In this document: one piece after another, positions 28,152 to 42,053 of the stretch | How positions within the stretch are numbered: position 1 is the stretch's first letter | Layout: the number at the start of each line of letters is the position of its first letter | From: Octopus sinensis | Taxonomy: Eukaryota | Assembly: GCF_006345805.1 (NCBI RefSeq) | Contig: NC_042999.1 | Coordinates: 24,242,001-24,306,000, forward strand | DNA length: 64,000 nt | Direction: 5' to 3' | Program-made: the position numbers and the translations under genes | The notes under the pieces: model-generated | The model's database searches: none | Told to the model about the DNA's origin: nothing | The model's input: the letters and a program-made list of their open reading frames with translations, nothing else

Positions 28152-28259
28152 TCTTTAGACAATGCATTGTTTCGACGCACTTTATTACAAACCAGCCTAA
28201 TTAAATTAAATTAAATTTAATCAAGTCAATCTACCAATGGCCCGTCTCATCGGTAAAGA
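28152..28259 (-). ncRNA. Type I hammerhead ribozyme with palindromic stem III
   Basis: TCTTTA-CCGATGA-GACG-(65 nt)-CGTC-GAA-ACAATGCATTGT-C-TAAAGA: 6-bp stem I, 4-bp stem II with G-C closing pair, 12-nt palindromic stem III, GUC cleavage triplet. Confidence 0.75.
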
Positions 28260-29490
28260 AGCCAGGAGGAATAAATATACACGAGGCAGCAGCATTTGTG
28301 CCTCGGGAATATATACTCTAAATTTTCAAAACCACCGTAATCGCGCTAACTTATCAGCAGCAAATATAAACTGCTGATTTAATTTCAGAATTAGTCAGAA
28401 AATCATTAATTAATCAATATAAGGGTAGCAAATAATTCAATAGAAATCTTTTCGCCACCAGCGGTCTAGTGAGAAAGAGAAAATAGTCACAGACTATATA
28501 TATAAATTCAACAACATTAAACAGAACAAGAATGTAACGGACAACGATGAAAATATACGGACAGATGGACTATACAAAGACGGACAGGAAAACCAGGTCG
28601 AAATATTCGTGGCTTTCTATTCATCAGTCAAGCTTCCAATCATCATTACAGTTTTGGCCTGTTACGCTTGAGACTGTTCAAAATTTGCAGGCTTCAAAAA
28701 TCTAAGCTAAAGGTATAAAGTTTTTGGAAGAAAGCGAGTGAATATATGCAACAACAGGGACAGAAAAACTACAAGAGGAAGAAAATGTTACACGCTTACA
28801 AATACAAACAACAAGAATAACAACAGGTGTCTTTCGACTAAAAGAACAAGTTAAATTAAGCTGGCGTGTGAAGTGGAAGCCTTGTGGCAACAGACGTAGA
28901 TGCAAGTCAGGAGACAGTAAAATAAGGTGTTACGCGAGCGGTGGTCAAACCAAGAAAGAAAGGGAAGGAACTAGAGACAGAGAGGGGCAGAGAGAACAGA
29001 GGGAGAGGTACAGTGGAGATAACAGAGGAAAGTAGATAGATCAGAGTAAATGAATGACGAGAAATGTGAGAGAGGGGGAGAGAGAAAAAGAAAAATGGAA
29101 CGAAAAATAATGCCAAGAAACTGTGAGAGAGGGACCAAGAAAAAGTATATGTGTGTGTGTAGGTGTCTAGGTGTGTATCTTTGTATTTGCCCTCCCGACC
29201 GCATCACAGCCGGTGTTGCTTTGCTTACGTCCTCTTAAATTATTCGTTCGGTAATAATGAATATCATACTCAAAATCAAGTACTGGAGTCGACTTTGTCG
29301 ATTTACTCCACAAACTTGTGCCATATCATGGCTGCAGTTGGATAACTGAAACAAGTACAGGAAGTGGATTAATGAGAAAATAGGGAAGAATCGCAAGAGT
29401 TCATCAAGCCGAGCCAACTCGCAGGTGACCTAGGTAAATAAACCAAGAACGAGAAAGTTAAATAATATCCATAGTCTCAATAACGATAAA

Positions 29491-29795
29491 CGTCGCCCTT
29501 TTCAAGCCTAGCCAGGCACATGGGCCCGGTTTCCTGGTTTCTGTGGCGTATGTGTTCCCCTCAGCTGGACGGGACGTCAGTCCATCGCAGCGTTACTCAA
29601 GGAACAGGAAGAGAAAGTAGGAGAAAGTTGTGACGAAAGAGTACAACAAGGGTCGCCACCACTACCTGCTGGAGCATCGTGGAGCTTTTAGGTGTTTTCG
29701 CTCAGTAAACACACGCAACGCCCGGTCTGGGAATAGAAACCGCGATCCTCCGACCGCGAGTCCACCGCCCTAACCACTGAGCCATTGCGCCTCCA
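29491..29795 (-). mobile_element. SINE with family C head/body and family D tail
   Basis: Head matches 40814; tail matches 17090-17190. Confidence 0.85.
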
Positions 29796-30463
29796 CTCAT
29801 TGTCTCAATACTCGCTTGTGAATATGAATGGAAATTTTAATAATAGTTGCTTCTGCTAGGACCCTGTGTAGGAGTTGCCCGAGGAATCTACCTCCAAAAT
29901 CACCCTCCACCCCAGGAATAGTTAATGGATAAAATTGATGGATGGATGAACAGATAAATGAACGTTAATGCGTGAATGATCTAAGACTGTGGCCCCTGCT
30001 CGGTGTATGTCGTTAGTAGTAATTACTTTATTTTACTCATATTGATACTTCTCTTACGAAAGACATTTATTTCGAAACTTCTAGTCCTTTCTACCCAAAG
30101 GTTTTCTTTCTTGCCCTTCATGCTCGGTTGAAAGAGGACACAAAATTACTCTAGTGTCTTCTCTCTGATTTTTTTTGTATGACAACGTCATATCAAGTTA
30201 CACCAGATAAAATATATTGTATATCATAAGAACTGAATGGATTCGCGAAATATGACCTTTATCATTTAGTAAAACAGTGAAACAGTCACGTCTCAGAGAA
30301 CCTAATCTGCGTCACTAGTTTGATGACAGCTGGAAACGCTTCGTTAGCGTATCATAATTCTTTTCAGGAACGCATTAAGACCACGTCTACTTATCTCCCT
30401 CTCGTCGTGTACCCCCCTCTCCTGAATATTGCTTACGATTGAAGCAGTCATTAGCGCAAAAGT

Positions 30464-31481
30464 CTAGTCGTTATGCTCGACCTGCTAGAAATGACGGCAG
30501 CATATTATTCAAATTACATTCACTGTCTTAAAACAGGACACATAATATGTTGTACTAGATACAAACCCCGTGATTTTTAAAATAGACGAAATACTTCTGA
30601 ACAGATTGTATTCGAGCTCTGTTCTCCTGGATCAGAACTGACCTAGAAATAACCATAAACACAACAATATTAACAACAACGACTGTACTTGTTCTGAATT
30701 CATAATTATCAGTACTATGACTAGTCGTTATGCTCGACCTGCTAGAATTCGGCAGCATATTATCAAATTACAATTCAGTCTTAAAACAAGACACATAATA
30801 TAATGTGTACTAGATACACCGTGATTTTTAAATACGAAAACTCTGAACAGATTGTATTCGAGCTCTGTTCTCCTGGATCAGAACTGACCTAGAAATAACC
30901 ATAAACAACAACAATATTAACAACAACGACTGTACTTGTTCTGAATTCATAATTATCAGTACTATGACTAGTCGTTATGCTCGACCTGCTAGAAATGACG
31001 GCAGCATATTATTCAAATTACAATTCACTGTCTTAAAACAAGGACACATAATATAATGTTGTACTAGATACACCGTGATTTTTAAAATAGACGAAATACT
31101 TCTGAACAGATTGTATTCGAGCTCTGTTCTCCTGGATCAGAACTGACCTAGAAATAACCATAAACAACAACAATATTAACAACAACGACTGTACTTGTTC
31201 TGAATTCATAATTATCAGTACTATGACTAGTCGTTATGCTCGACCTGCTAGAAATGACGGCAGCATATTATTCAAATTACAATTCACTGTCTTAAAACAG
31301 GACACATAATATAATTTTACTAGATACACCGTGATTTTTAAAATAGACGAAATACTTCTGACTATTGTATTCGAGCCTGTTCTCCTGGATCAGAACTGAC
31401 CTAGAAATAACCATAAACAACAACGATATTAACAACAACGACTGTACTTGTTCTGAATTCATAATTATCAGTACTATGACT
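30464..31481. repeat. Tandem repeat, four ~250-260-bp units
   Basis: Units start CTAGTCGTTATGCTCGACC at 30464, 30721, 30968 and 31227. They differ almost only by small indels. Confidence 0.95.
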
Positions 31482-31689
31482 GCAATCTCTTATACTACGA
31501 TTATCACCACCGCCACCACCACCACCGTCACAATTAATATTATCGTCTCTCGCCATGTCTTCAACCATGCTTCGGAATCCCAAATGTTTTAAAAACGTTC
31601 ATCACAAGACATCGCGATTAAGACAGTTATTATAAAGAAATCCATCACCGGCTAATCAACTTGCACTTGATAAACAGTATCATTATCAA

Positions 31690-32485
31690 CAAAACCCGCC
31701 ACCACCACCACCGCCAATACCACCAACACCACCACCACAACGACGACGACGATGACGACTACTACCACCACCACCACCACCACCACCACCACCACCACCA
31801 CCACTACCACCACCATTACCAATGCCACCAACTCTACCATCGAGACTTCCACAACCATCACCACCACCACCACCACACACCACTACCACACCACTACCAC
31901 ACCACAACCACCACATCACCACCACCAGCAAAATCACCATTACAGCCACCACTACCACTCCAACCGTCAATAACACGATTAAAATAATCACTACCACTAC
32001 CACCACCACCACCACAACCACCACCACAACCACCACCACAACCACCACTGCTACCATCACAACTACCACTGCAACTACAACTCCCACTACCACACCACTA
32101 CCACCAAAAACATCACTAATACTACTACTATCACTGTCATCACCACTACCAACACACCACCACCACCACCACCACCATTATCAATGTCATCAACACTACC
32201 ATCAATACCATCGACACCTCCACAACCATCCCCACACCACCACCACCACCAGCAAAGACACCATTACAGTCACCACCAAAACAGCCATCACCGCTACCAT
32301 CACAACTACCACTGCAACTACTACCCCCACTACCACACCACTATCACCAAAAACATCACTATAAATACTACTATCACTGCCACCACCACTACCAACACCA
32401 CCACCAGCATCACCACTCCACTAGTGCCATCAACTCTACCACCACTACTTCCAGCACAAGCACTTCTACCATCACCACCACAACG
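31690..32485. repeat. Degenerate (ACC/ACT)n low-complexity tract
   Basis: Direct reading. Internal ~80-bp duplication (32045 vs 32290). Confidence 0.9.
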
Positions 32486-33366
32486 ACAAGCTATCACCTA
32501 CTTAGATAAGGTTTATTTTATTTACCCACTCCTCAAATCAAAGCCCCTTCAGGTAAACTACGCTATCTAATTTGAGTAGCAATAACACACTTCCAGAATA
32601 GAATCAAAAGCTTGTGAACGAAATATATCTTTCATGTGCCAGTTTCAAAACGCCGTTTTACTTCGTTTTTGCGTTCATATTTTGCATATTTGGTAATTAA
32701 CTGATAATTAGGCTTCTCAGCATCTCAGTTTTTCATCATTGGGTGGAACCCGTTTCTTAATATCTTGATTACTTTGCACGCGATATATAAGCCCAGATAT
32801 ATAAAAAGCAATTTTGAAAATATGCTTATGTTTACAGCAATTGCAGATACGCACACGCAAAGACAGACACACGTTCACGCATACACACACATATACACAT
32901 ACATATACATACAGAACTTAGTTCACATTTTTTTTTCTTTGATGTTAATCTCCTTTAAGGAACTACCAGCAGCTACTTAAATGTCTTTGACAGTCTCCAA
33001 GAGATGTTTGATTAATTTCATAAAAGAAAATATGGAAAATAAACACCAGACATTTCATCAGCTCAATATTTAAAAAGTTGCGTCAAAAGAAATGCGACAA
33101 AAAAAAAATGTTTCTGAACAAAAATAATAATAATAATGACCCTTTCTGCAATAGGCACAGGGACCTAAATTTTGAGGGTATGTCAGTGCTCAGCTGTTGC
33201 ATCTATCGACCCTGAAAAAGGATAAAAGACAAGGTGGCGGAATTTCAATTCACAATGTAAAGACGGACAGAACGCTGCTAAGTATTATGATGGGTTTACT
33301 GGGCTTCGTATATTTTACCCCAGGGTCACTTTGATGGCATGCACTGCTCTCTCTCACTCAATAATG

Positions 33367-33436
<70 letters not shown>

Positions 33437-33437
<1 letters not shown>

Positions 33438-33790
33438 TACCATCCCTGCACCCTGGCTTACCATCCCTGCACCCTGCAAGAAGTGCTCCCTGGCTTACCA
33501 TCCCTGCAAGAAGTGCACCCTGGCTTACCATCCCTGCAAGAAGTGCAAAAGATTGTCTTAACTGGTACATCACACATATTGAGAAGAGCATTGTCGATGT
33601 GAGAACTGTTGCTGCTCATGTATTTTAATTTAACTTTAAAAAAAATTTTTTTTTAATAAAAAAATGAACGAACTATTGAGTTTGGTTTAATGGCCTACCA
33701 ATGTATACTATGAGTTTCTTTGCCCTAGGAGTCGGGAAGACACTCGGCAAGAAATGGAAGCAAATTTGAAAGAAGAAAAAAAATAATAAT
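33437..33790 (+). mobile_element. 5'-truncated R4/Dong-like (RLE) LINE 3' end inserted in (TAA)n
   Basis: C-terminus PGLPSLQEVQKIVLTGTSHILRRALSM*, 3'UTR and TAA tail. Confidence 0.8.
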
Positions 33791-33894
33791 AATGATAATA
33801 ATAATAATAATAATAATGATAATAATAATTATAAACATAGATACAACAATAAAGGCAGTAATTGACAACTGCCCTACTGCCACTACCCTAACCC

Positions 33895-34410
33895 CTGAAA
33901 GTGGTAATGGAGGAACTGAAACAGCACCAAGTTGCAAAGAAAGCAAAGTTATTAAGATACTACCAAAAAATGAAGGGTTACCAGCAGAATAGGTTATTCA
34001 GAGTAGATCAGAAGAGATTTTATAAAGAAATAAATGGAGAGTGTTCAGATGAAAAGTTGATAACAGATAACATTGAAAGTCAGTGGTTTTGGAGTGACAT
34101 CTGGAGCAAAGACAAAGAACACAAGAAGGATGCTGAATGGTTGCAAGAACTGAAACAAACAATAGTCTGTGCAAAATAGGCAGAACTAGTCATTTCAGTT
34201 AAGAAAGTGAAGGAAATCAGCAAGGTGACCAAATGGAATTCAAGGCTACTGAATCAAAAGATTTGGTGAATGTCATGCACGAATAGCTGCACAATTCAAC
34301 ACCTTGTTAATGGCCGACCAAATAACACTAGAGTGGTTGACATTGGGTAGGACAGCGCTGTGCTTGAAAAACATCAAAAAAGGCAATGCGGTAGACAATT
34401 ACAGGCCGAT
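33895..34410 (+). pseudogene. R4/Dong-like LINE ORF fragment (pre-RT region)
   Basis: EELKQ..AKKAKLLRY..QQNRLFRVDQKRFYKEI..FWSDIW..DAEWLQELK ... EWLTLGRT ... NYRP, with stops and frameshifts. Confidence 0.8.
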
Positions 34411-34417
34411 GGTGGGG

Positions 34418-34469
<52 letters not shown>

Positions 34470-34601
34470 GGCTTCTTTAAGTTTCCGTCAACCAAATCCA
34501 CTTACAACGACTTGGTTGTCCCGAAGCTTTAGTAGAAGACACTTGCCCAAGGTGCCACGCATTGGGAATGAACCTGGAACCATGTGGTTGGGAAGCAGGC
34601 T
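34411..34601 (-). mobile_element. SINE family B fragment
   Basis: GACACTTGCCCAAGGTGCCACGC block. Confidence 0.8.
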
Positions 34602-35921
34602 CTATTTTTTCCTTTTTCTCTCTGTCTTTCTTCCCTTTATCCTCTATCACATGACTTTGTAAATGAACAATCTAGTGTATTTATTTTAATGGCCTACCAA
34701 TTTATACAGTGCGTTTCTCTGCCCTTGGTTTCAGGAAGACACTCGGCAAGAAATGGAAATAGAATAATAGTAATCTTTCTAATACATACACAAGGCCTGG
34801 AAATATTAGGGTAAGTGGGTAGATAATTACGTCGATCCAAGTGCTCTGGTGCTACATATTGTTTCAACGCCGAAAATATGTATAATAAAAGAAAATAAAA
34901 TGGAATTAGTCATTGGAAATAAAGCCCTATATTCTAACCACTATAATAATCACTATAGTCATAATTATCCCAGCCACCAACACCACTATCATCATCAACA
35001 TCATTGTCACTATCTTGACAACAACCACCACTATCAACAACGACAAGAACAACATCATCATCGTCGTCGTCGTCGTTGCATGTCCCATTAGCCTCACCAG
35101 CTACGTCGCAATCTTTATCTCCCATACTCGTCATCAGTATAGCCATCGAGTTCATACGCATGATATTTGTCCTTCTTCGACAGAAACTACTGAGCATCTC
35201 TGCATAACGTCTTCCTCATGCATTTATTCATTCACATCAGCAGCACCAATTAATAATTATAGAAATAAATACGTTTTTGTATAATCGTCCTTTCTCGCTC
35301 TATGTTATTGGATATTCTGGCGTTATCTGGATAACTATGTTATCATATATTAGATGATGGTATTGCTTAGCCTAAGGTCTATAGGAAATTAGTTTTAATT
35401 TGGTACAGGAAATTCATCTATATACATATATATATACATATATATACAAACAAACATACATACACAAATGCGTGCGCGCGAGAGACAAGGAGAGAGTGTA
35501 TGCTTGTGTGTGTGTGTATCTGTGTGTGTGTATATGCTTGTGTGTGTGTGCAAGTATGTATGAAACTGATATAGAGAGATACATCTATATATGCATGCAT
35601 ATACACGTATGTGCATACATACACACACACACACATGTTTATATATAAGTATACAGAGATAAATATACGTGTAAGTATGCGTTTCGGTACAAATGCGTGT
35701 TTATGAGTGTGGATTCATGTATGGATGGGCAAATGGGTGGCAAATGGTATGTAAGAATGCGCATATGTAAGAGTGTATGGATCCATGTATGTATGCATGC
35801 ATGAATGCGGTGCGTTATGAGCAAGTAGTTTAGAAATAAGCTACTATTTAGACAAATATATCTACGTGAAGGCTACTTGTTGTGTTTGCGTGGTCTTTGT
35901 GTGGGCAAATGTGTGTGTATA

Positions 35922-35960
<39 letters not shown>

Positions 35961-35963
35961 TAT

Positions 35964-35994
<31 letters not shown>

Positions 35995-36115
35995 CTATTA
36001 TCTATCTCTCTATCTCTCTGTCTACCTGCCTATCGATATATCTATCTATCCATCCATCCATTCGTCCGTGCGTCCGTCCATCCATCCATCCATTCATCCA
36101 TCCATCCATCCATCC

Positions 36116-36171
<56 letters not shown>

Positions 36172-36235
36172 GTGTATATATTCTTTTTCTATAAATGCAT
36201 ATGACGTCAAAATATGTATATACATACACACACAC

Positions 36236-36276
<41 letters not shown>

Positions 36277-36822
36277 TACACACAGACATACAGACATACG
36301 TTTATATGAGTGTGTGTGTCTGTGTTTGCGTGTACAGAAATACACACACGCATACACACACACAAATATGCACAACCGCATATATATTCATGCATACATA
36401 TACACACACATATGTGTATATATATATATGTGTGTGTGCGTGTGTATGTGTGTGCGTGTGCATGCTTATGTGTGCGTGTGTTCATACATACACAACGGTA
36501 CCTCAATGTATTCCTCGTTAAAATAAACAATGAATGAAGGTACACCCCGTCGCTTCGATTCAACTGAAATCTGAATTCATTGACTTTTTAATTGGAAGGG
36601 GTTCTAAGAATAACAGAAGCAACACAACTGGTTTGTTCTATACAAAACAAATAAATCTTCCATAGAAATTTCTCACAACTGGTATTAAACAGATGTTTCT
36701 TTAGTAAATAGATAACTTCACACAAATGGCTTCCAACAAACAGGGTGAAAACGGGAAGCGCGCAGGCCCGCAAGCTGGAATATACTTATGAGTTTGATGC
36801 TTGTGTGTTTGTGTGTGTGTGT

Positions 36823-36862
<40 letters not shown>

Positions 36863-37156
36863 CGTGCGTGTGTTTGTGTTTGTGTGAGCGCGCTTCGTGT
36901 GTGTTGTATACATCCACCCACAAACACAAACACACACATCTACACATACGCTCACACATGCATGCACGTATGTATGAATGTATGTATGTAGATAGATAGA
37001 TACATACATACATACATACATACATACATACATTGTAATAGATAGATATCCACACATACATAGAAAGAATATACTCATACACAACCAGACATACACATGC
37101 CTACACGCACGCACACATGCACACGCGGGTGCCACCCCACCCCCGCATATATATAT

Positions 37157-37245
<89 letters not shown>

Positions 37246-37864
37246 ATAAATATGTATATGATGTATGATATTTCGTCGAGTACATATCCCCTTTGTAACT
37301 TTTTCTATATACATGTATACTTACACACACACACACACATACACGCACACATGCAGACATACAGACATACAGACAGAGAGACTGATATACAAACAACCCC
37401 CACGCACACATATATATATGTGTGTGTGTGTGTATGTGTGTGTGTGAGTGTGTGTGTGTATAAATATGTGAGCGTTTGTGAGAGGCTATGTGTGTGGATG
37501 TGTGTATGTGTGTTTGTGTGTGTGTACGCGCGCGTGTATCGAGGCAAGTTTTGTCACAAACATATGGGTAAGAAGAAGAATAAAAGGGCGAAATGATGAT
37601 AAAATTTACAAAAAAATAGAAAAATAGACACAACGACGTTAGAAATATTACAACGTTAATGATATAACAGACATAAGACATTAGACCTCCATATATGTGT
37701 CAGTGGCAACTTATATAAAGGAAAAGTACGAATGAAGATATTGTACATATGTTTCTATTTTAAATAGGAATACGATCGTATTCTTTTCTCATTATTCTAT
37801 TATAACCGGGTGAAACAGAAATGAAGCAGGTAATTCATTTCGTAATGATGTTTAGAAATGGCAA

Positions 37865-38810
37865 AGTGGGTTGGCTTCGAGTATACACTTCCGCTTCTTG
37901 TGGAAGGGACGCGTCCCGATGGTCAGTCAGTCTATCTGCTGTCAACACCCGCTGAGTGTTGGCCTCGGCATGCCGTGGTTGATGATGCGCAGACAGGCGC
38001 TGAGGCTACGATTTTCCCAGTGCTTCCTTGACGGTGAACAGTAGTGGTCGCCGCTCACCAGACACGTTTTCCACAGCTAGTTTATTTAACAGAGATGCAC
38101 CTGGGTAACACAGAGACCGAGTGGGAGCATTTGGAAAGTGGAATGTCTTCAAGCGCTCACAGCCCTCAGCCAATCGAACACTACGATAGGTGGAACGTCC
38201 ATTTTAGTTTTTTTTTTATAGAGAAGTAGTGGAGGAAAAGCGCGACGACGTTCTTAGGGAAATCTTGAGGGTCGAAGATCACCTAGCTGCTCTTTTCCGG
38301 AGAACTTTCGGCCCAGGACCGATGGATAACTTACAAAAATCTCTGGCCTGACAGTGCTACCAGGGGGCTTTGCCTGTACAAGATAACCTTTACAGGCACG
38401 GAAGTGCCGCCAGCCGAGCATGTTCGAGATGTGCGCAGAACGACGAGACGGTCTTGCATGGACTCGTCCAGTGCCCGAGCATTGCTGACCTGTGGGTTTA
38501 TGTCGAACACCTGCTGTCGTGTGTGTGACGGATCCGGCTGTCAACTGACTCCATCATGATGATCGCCCTGCCGCCTTCCTTTAATCTGGAAGGAAAGGCT
38601 GTGTTTATATCTCTGGTGGCCATGGCGAAAGAGGTTGTATTGTGGACGAGATTGAAGGATTTGAAGGCAAACACTTTTCTCTTTTGCCAATCCTTGACCA
38701 ACACCTTCAAATTTCACTTGAACAAGAAAGTAAGGGAAGAGAGAGAGAAGTATTTTCTTCTATCCAGTTTACTGAAAGGTGGATGATAGAGGCGAGAATA
38801 ATACAGTTGG
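37865..38810 (+). pseudogene. L1/Tx1-clade LINE ORF2 C-terminal fragment
   Basis: FRFLWKGRVPMVS..CCQHPLSVGLGMP, then zinc knuckle CSRCAQNDETVLHGLVQC (CX2CX8HX4C). In-frame stops. Confidence 0.85.
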
Positions 38811-39069
38811 AAAAAAAAGGAAGGAAAAAAGGCATCTGCTCCAAAAGTCAGGATACTCTGTTTTTTTATGGGATTTTTCCATGAGCATCCCTCGAACGTC
38901 TCGTCCCTACTGACGATCACACGTTCTAGATTTAACAAGAAAATATTCATCTTGTTTATACGCAAAACCCCAACAAGAACACTCACACACATACATACAC
39001 ACATTTTTCGTTTTGTCCTGTACTGTCCATAATGTTTTTCTTGTAGTTAATAAAGAAATCACCATTATT

Positions 39070-39321
39070 ATTATTACTATTATTATGTTTGACTTTTGCT
39101 TAAATTTGTACAAGTTGGCTCCAAGTCTCACCCAGAAACATTACATAGAAAGTATTTTGCGTAGGATATGAGCAGTTCCCATGAGCACTATCTTTTGAAT
39201 TTCTGCCATTTTGGGGTTTCCTGGTATCTGAGTTAGGTAGCGATCAGCCCCTTTTGCTATCATTCCCAGGGCACCTATGACAACAGGTATTGTTTTAGTC
39301 TTCAGGTTCCACATTTTGCTG

Positions 39322-39323
<2 letters not shown>
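39070..39323 (-). mobile_element. 5'-truncated R4/Dong-like LINE 3' end in (TAA)n
   Basis: 39323-39141 encodes ISKMWNLKTKTIPVVIGALGMIAKG...IQKIVLMGTAHILRKILSM*. Confidence 0.85.
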
Positions 39324-39366
<43 letters not shown>

Positions 39367-39396
39367 CATTACTATTATCATTACTATTATCATTAC

Positions 39397-39437
<41 letters not shown>

Positions 39438-39608
39438 ATTTATTTTGCCTTTGCACAGCTTCTAACGCTGTTCACTACCGGTGTAGTCAATGAATCACCG
39501 AAGCTTCGCAATACTGAGCCGATGATTCACCGATTACTGGCCTGTAGAGTGTTTGAAGTGTAGGCGTGCGGTTGTGTACTAAGTTCACATATTCCATTCA
39601 CCTTCATA

Positions 39609-39815
39609 ATGCCAAGAAACTGTATAAACACCGGTGACTTAACATTCAAGTCACTAAGACGGCGTTTCGCGCCATTGATTAAAAAGTGTCATGAGCATTA
39701 TTTTGACTGCCAAGTGTGTGACCAGGATAAAAGCTGGGCCCCTCATGTGTGTTGTGTAACCTGTGGCAGGCTTCTCATTGCATGGGCCAAAGGTCACACG
39801 CCATACGCCTTTTGC
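39609..39815 (+). pseudogene. DNA transposase N-terminal fragment, Chapaev3/CMC-like
   Basis: MPRNCIN..KKCHEHYFDCQVCDQDKSWAPHVCCVTC. The DQDKxWAPH motif is recognised from memory; superfamily assignment is tentative. Confidence 0.6.
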
Positions 39816-39865
39816 CATATTGTTGTTGTTGTTATTATTATTATTATTGTTGTTGTTGTTGCTGT

Positions 39866-40232
39866 TTACTCTTTTACTTGTTTCAGTCATTTGAGTGTGG
39901 CCATGCTGGAGCACCGCCTTTAGTCGAGCAAATCGACACCAGGGCTTATTCTTTGTAAGCCTAGTACTTATTCTATCGGTCTCTTTGCCGAACAGCTAAG
40001 TTACGGGGACGTAAACACACCACCGTCGGTTGTAAAGCGATGTTGGTGTTGGGGCAAAAACAGGCACACAAACATATATATATACATATATACGACGGGC
40101 TTTTTTTCGGTTTCCGTCTACCAAATTCACTCACAAGGCATTGGTCGGCCCGAGGCTATAGTAGAAGACTCTTGCCCAAGGTGTCACGCAGTGGGACTGA
40201 ACCGGAAACCATGTGATAGTTAAGCAAGCTAC
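39866..40232 (-). mobile_element. SINE family B copy
   Basis: Homologous to 1310-1716. Confidence 0.9.
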
Positions 40233-40813
40233 TTTATTTCATTTCATTAAATTTGTCATGAAGACAGTACAACGGTTGGGTAGCTTTGCAGGCTGGACAA
40301 AAACATGAATGAATGAAATGAAATAAAATGAATAAATGAGAGACGAAACTTAACACCCGCCGATTGGATTTTTCTCGAAAACATATTTTCTTTTTTAAAA
40401 ATCAATATGGGTTTTCAAACCTCTTACAAGAAGGAGGCACTAAACCCTCTTACTTAATATGTTTTTTATTATACACAATTGAGGTTATCAACTACAACAA
40501 ATAATACAATAAGATGAGGTTTCAAACCCTCTAACGAGGCTTTTTCACCTCCTACTCATCGATATATCCATCAATATATCCATCATTATCTTCAATGCCG
40601 CTTGAATTCCTGTATCCCACCACCATTTCACATGCTTCATAAGTGAGGCATGTGAAATTTTCGGGGTCGATAAAATTAAGTACTAGTCAAGTACTGGGGT
40701 CGATGTAAATGACTATCCCCTCCCCACAAATTCCAGGCCTTGTGCAAAAATAATTATTATGATTGTTGTGCAGAAATGATTATAATTATTGTTGTCGTCG
40801 TGATATGTCTTCA

Positions 40814-41192
40814 GGAGGCGCAATGGCCCAGTGGTTAGGGCAGCGGACTCGCGGTCATAGGATCGCGGTTTCGATTCCCAGACCGGGCGTTGTGAGTGTT
40901 TATTGAGCGAAAACACCTAAAGCTCCACGAGGCTCCGGCAGGGGATGGTGGTGATCCCTGCTGTACTCTTTCACCACAACTTTCTCTCACTCTTACTTCC
41001 TGTTTCTGTTGTACCTGTATTTCAAAGGGCCGGCCTTGTCACTCTCTGTGTCACGCTGAATATCCCCGAGAACTGCGTTAAGGGTACACGTGTCTGTGAG
41101 TGCTCAGCCACTTACACGTTAATTTCACGAGCAGGCTGTTCCGTTGATTCGGATCAACCGGAACCCTCGTCGTCGTAACCGACGGAGTGCTT
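40814..41192 (+). mobile_element. Full-length SINE family C (~380 bp, tRNA-Arg-like head; probably octopus OR1-type), tail type 1
   Basis: A and B boxes, anticodon-like GACTCGCG. Matches the 22314 pair. Confidence 0.9.
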
Positions 41193-42053
41193 CAGAAGAA
41201 GATAAGTCTTCTTTCATAGCACTTTCATTTCTGGAGACATTTTATGATTTATATTCACAATTGGATTACTTTTCGTGTGTAATTTCGTTTCAACTGATTC
41301 AAAGAGAAATGAACATTATTGACATTTTTTTTATCACCCGCTGAGTGTGGAAGAATATGTTTTTGAAAGCATGTTTTTCTGTTTCTCATTTCATTTTATT
41401 TTTTTGTTAACATTCAGCTACGTGTCGCAAGATACGCTCCGCCAAACAAGCTTAAGTTGTGACAGCTGCATAGGAAACACACAAACGTCACAAAAAGAAA
41501 ACAGAAAAAAAAGATATTGTACAACAAAGCGCTAACACGTTGAAACAAAACCAATATTGATATATCCGGTGTTATTATTACGAATGAAAGAGGATTTTGA
41601 CCGCTCAAAATCAACAATGGCAATAAGCAATGACGAAATACAACAACAAAAACAACGACAACAGCAACAAAGCCAACCTCAACAACCACAACAACAATAT
41701 GAGCTGGTTTAAATCGCTTCCAATTAAGAACTCGTAAATACATGTCCAATCTCAGAAAAAATGTCCAGCGGCGAAGTGGTAGATTTGTGGTAGAATTGTT
41801 AGGGCATCGGAAAAAAATATTTAGCATCATTTCTTCAAGCTCTCTTGCTTTCCGAGTTGAAATTCTATCGGGGTTAAATTCTCTGTTCATCCCGTAGGAA
41901 ATCTTTTAAAGTAAAACAGCAATTAAACACTGAGGTCTATGTAATTGATTTCACCATCTCCTCTAAAAAAAATTGCTGGACTTCTGCCACAAATTAAAGC
42001 CGTTAATATAATTACTAGGTCAATTTTATATTCATCAACTTCGTCACAATAAT

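Noticed and set aside
30464-31481. CRISPR-like or retrozyme array
   Set aside because: Whole units repeat with no unique spacers, the context is eukaryotic, and no CUGANGA/GAAA fold was found.
31661-32570. Mucin-like Thr-rich or His-rich ORFs
   Set aside because: Open in several frames on both strands because of (ACC)n. No signal peptide or exon boundaries.
40814-40890. Genuine tRNA genes at SINE heads
   Set aside because: They continue into SINE bodies and lack a proper acceptor stem and terminator.
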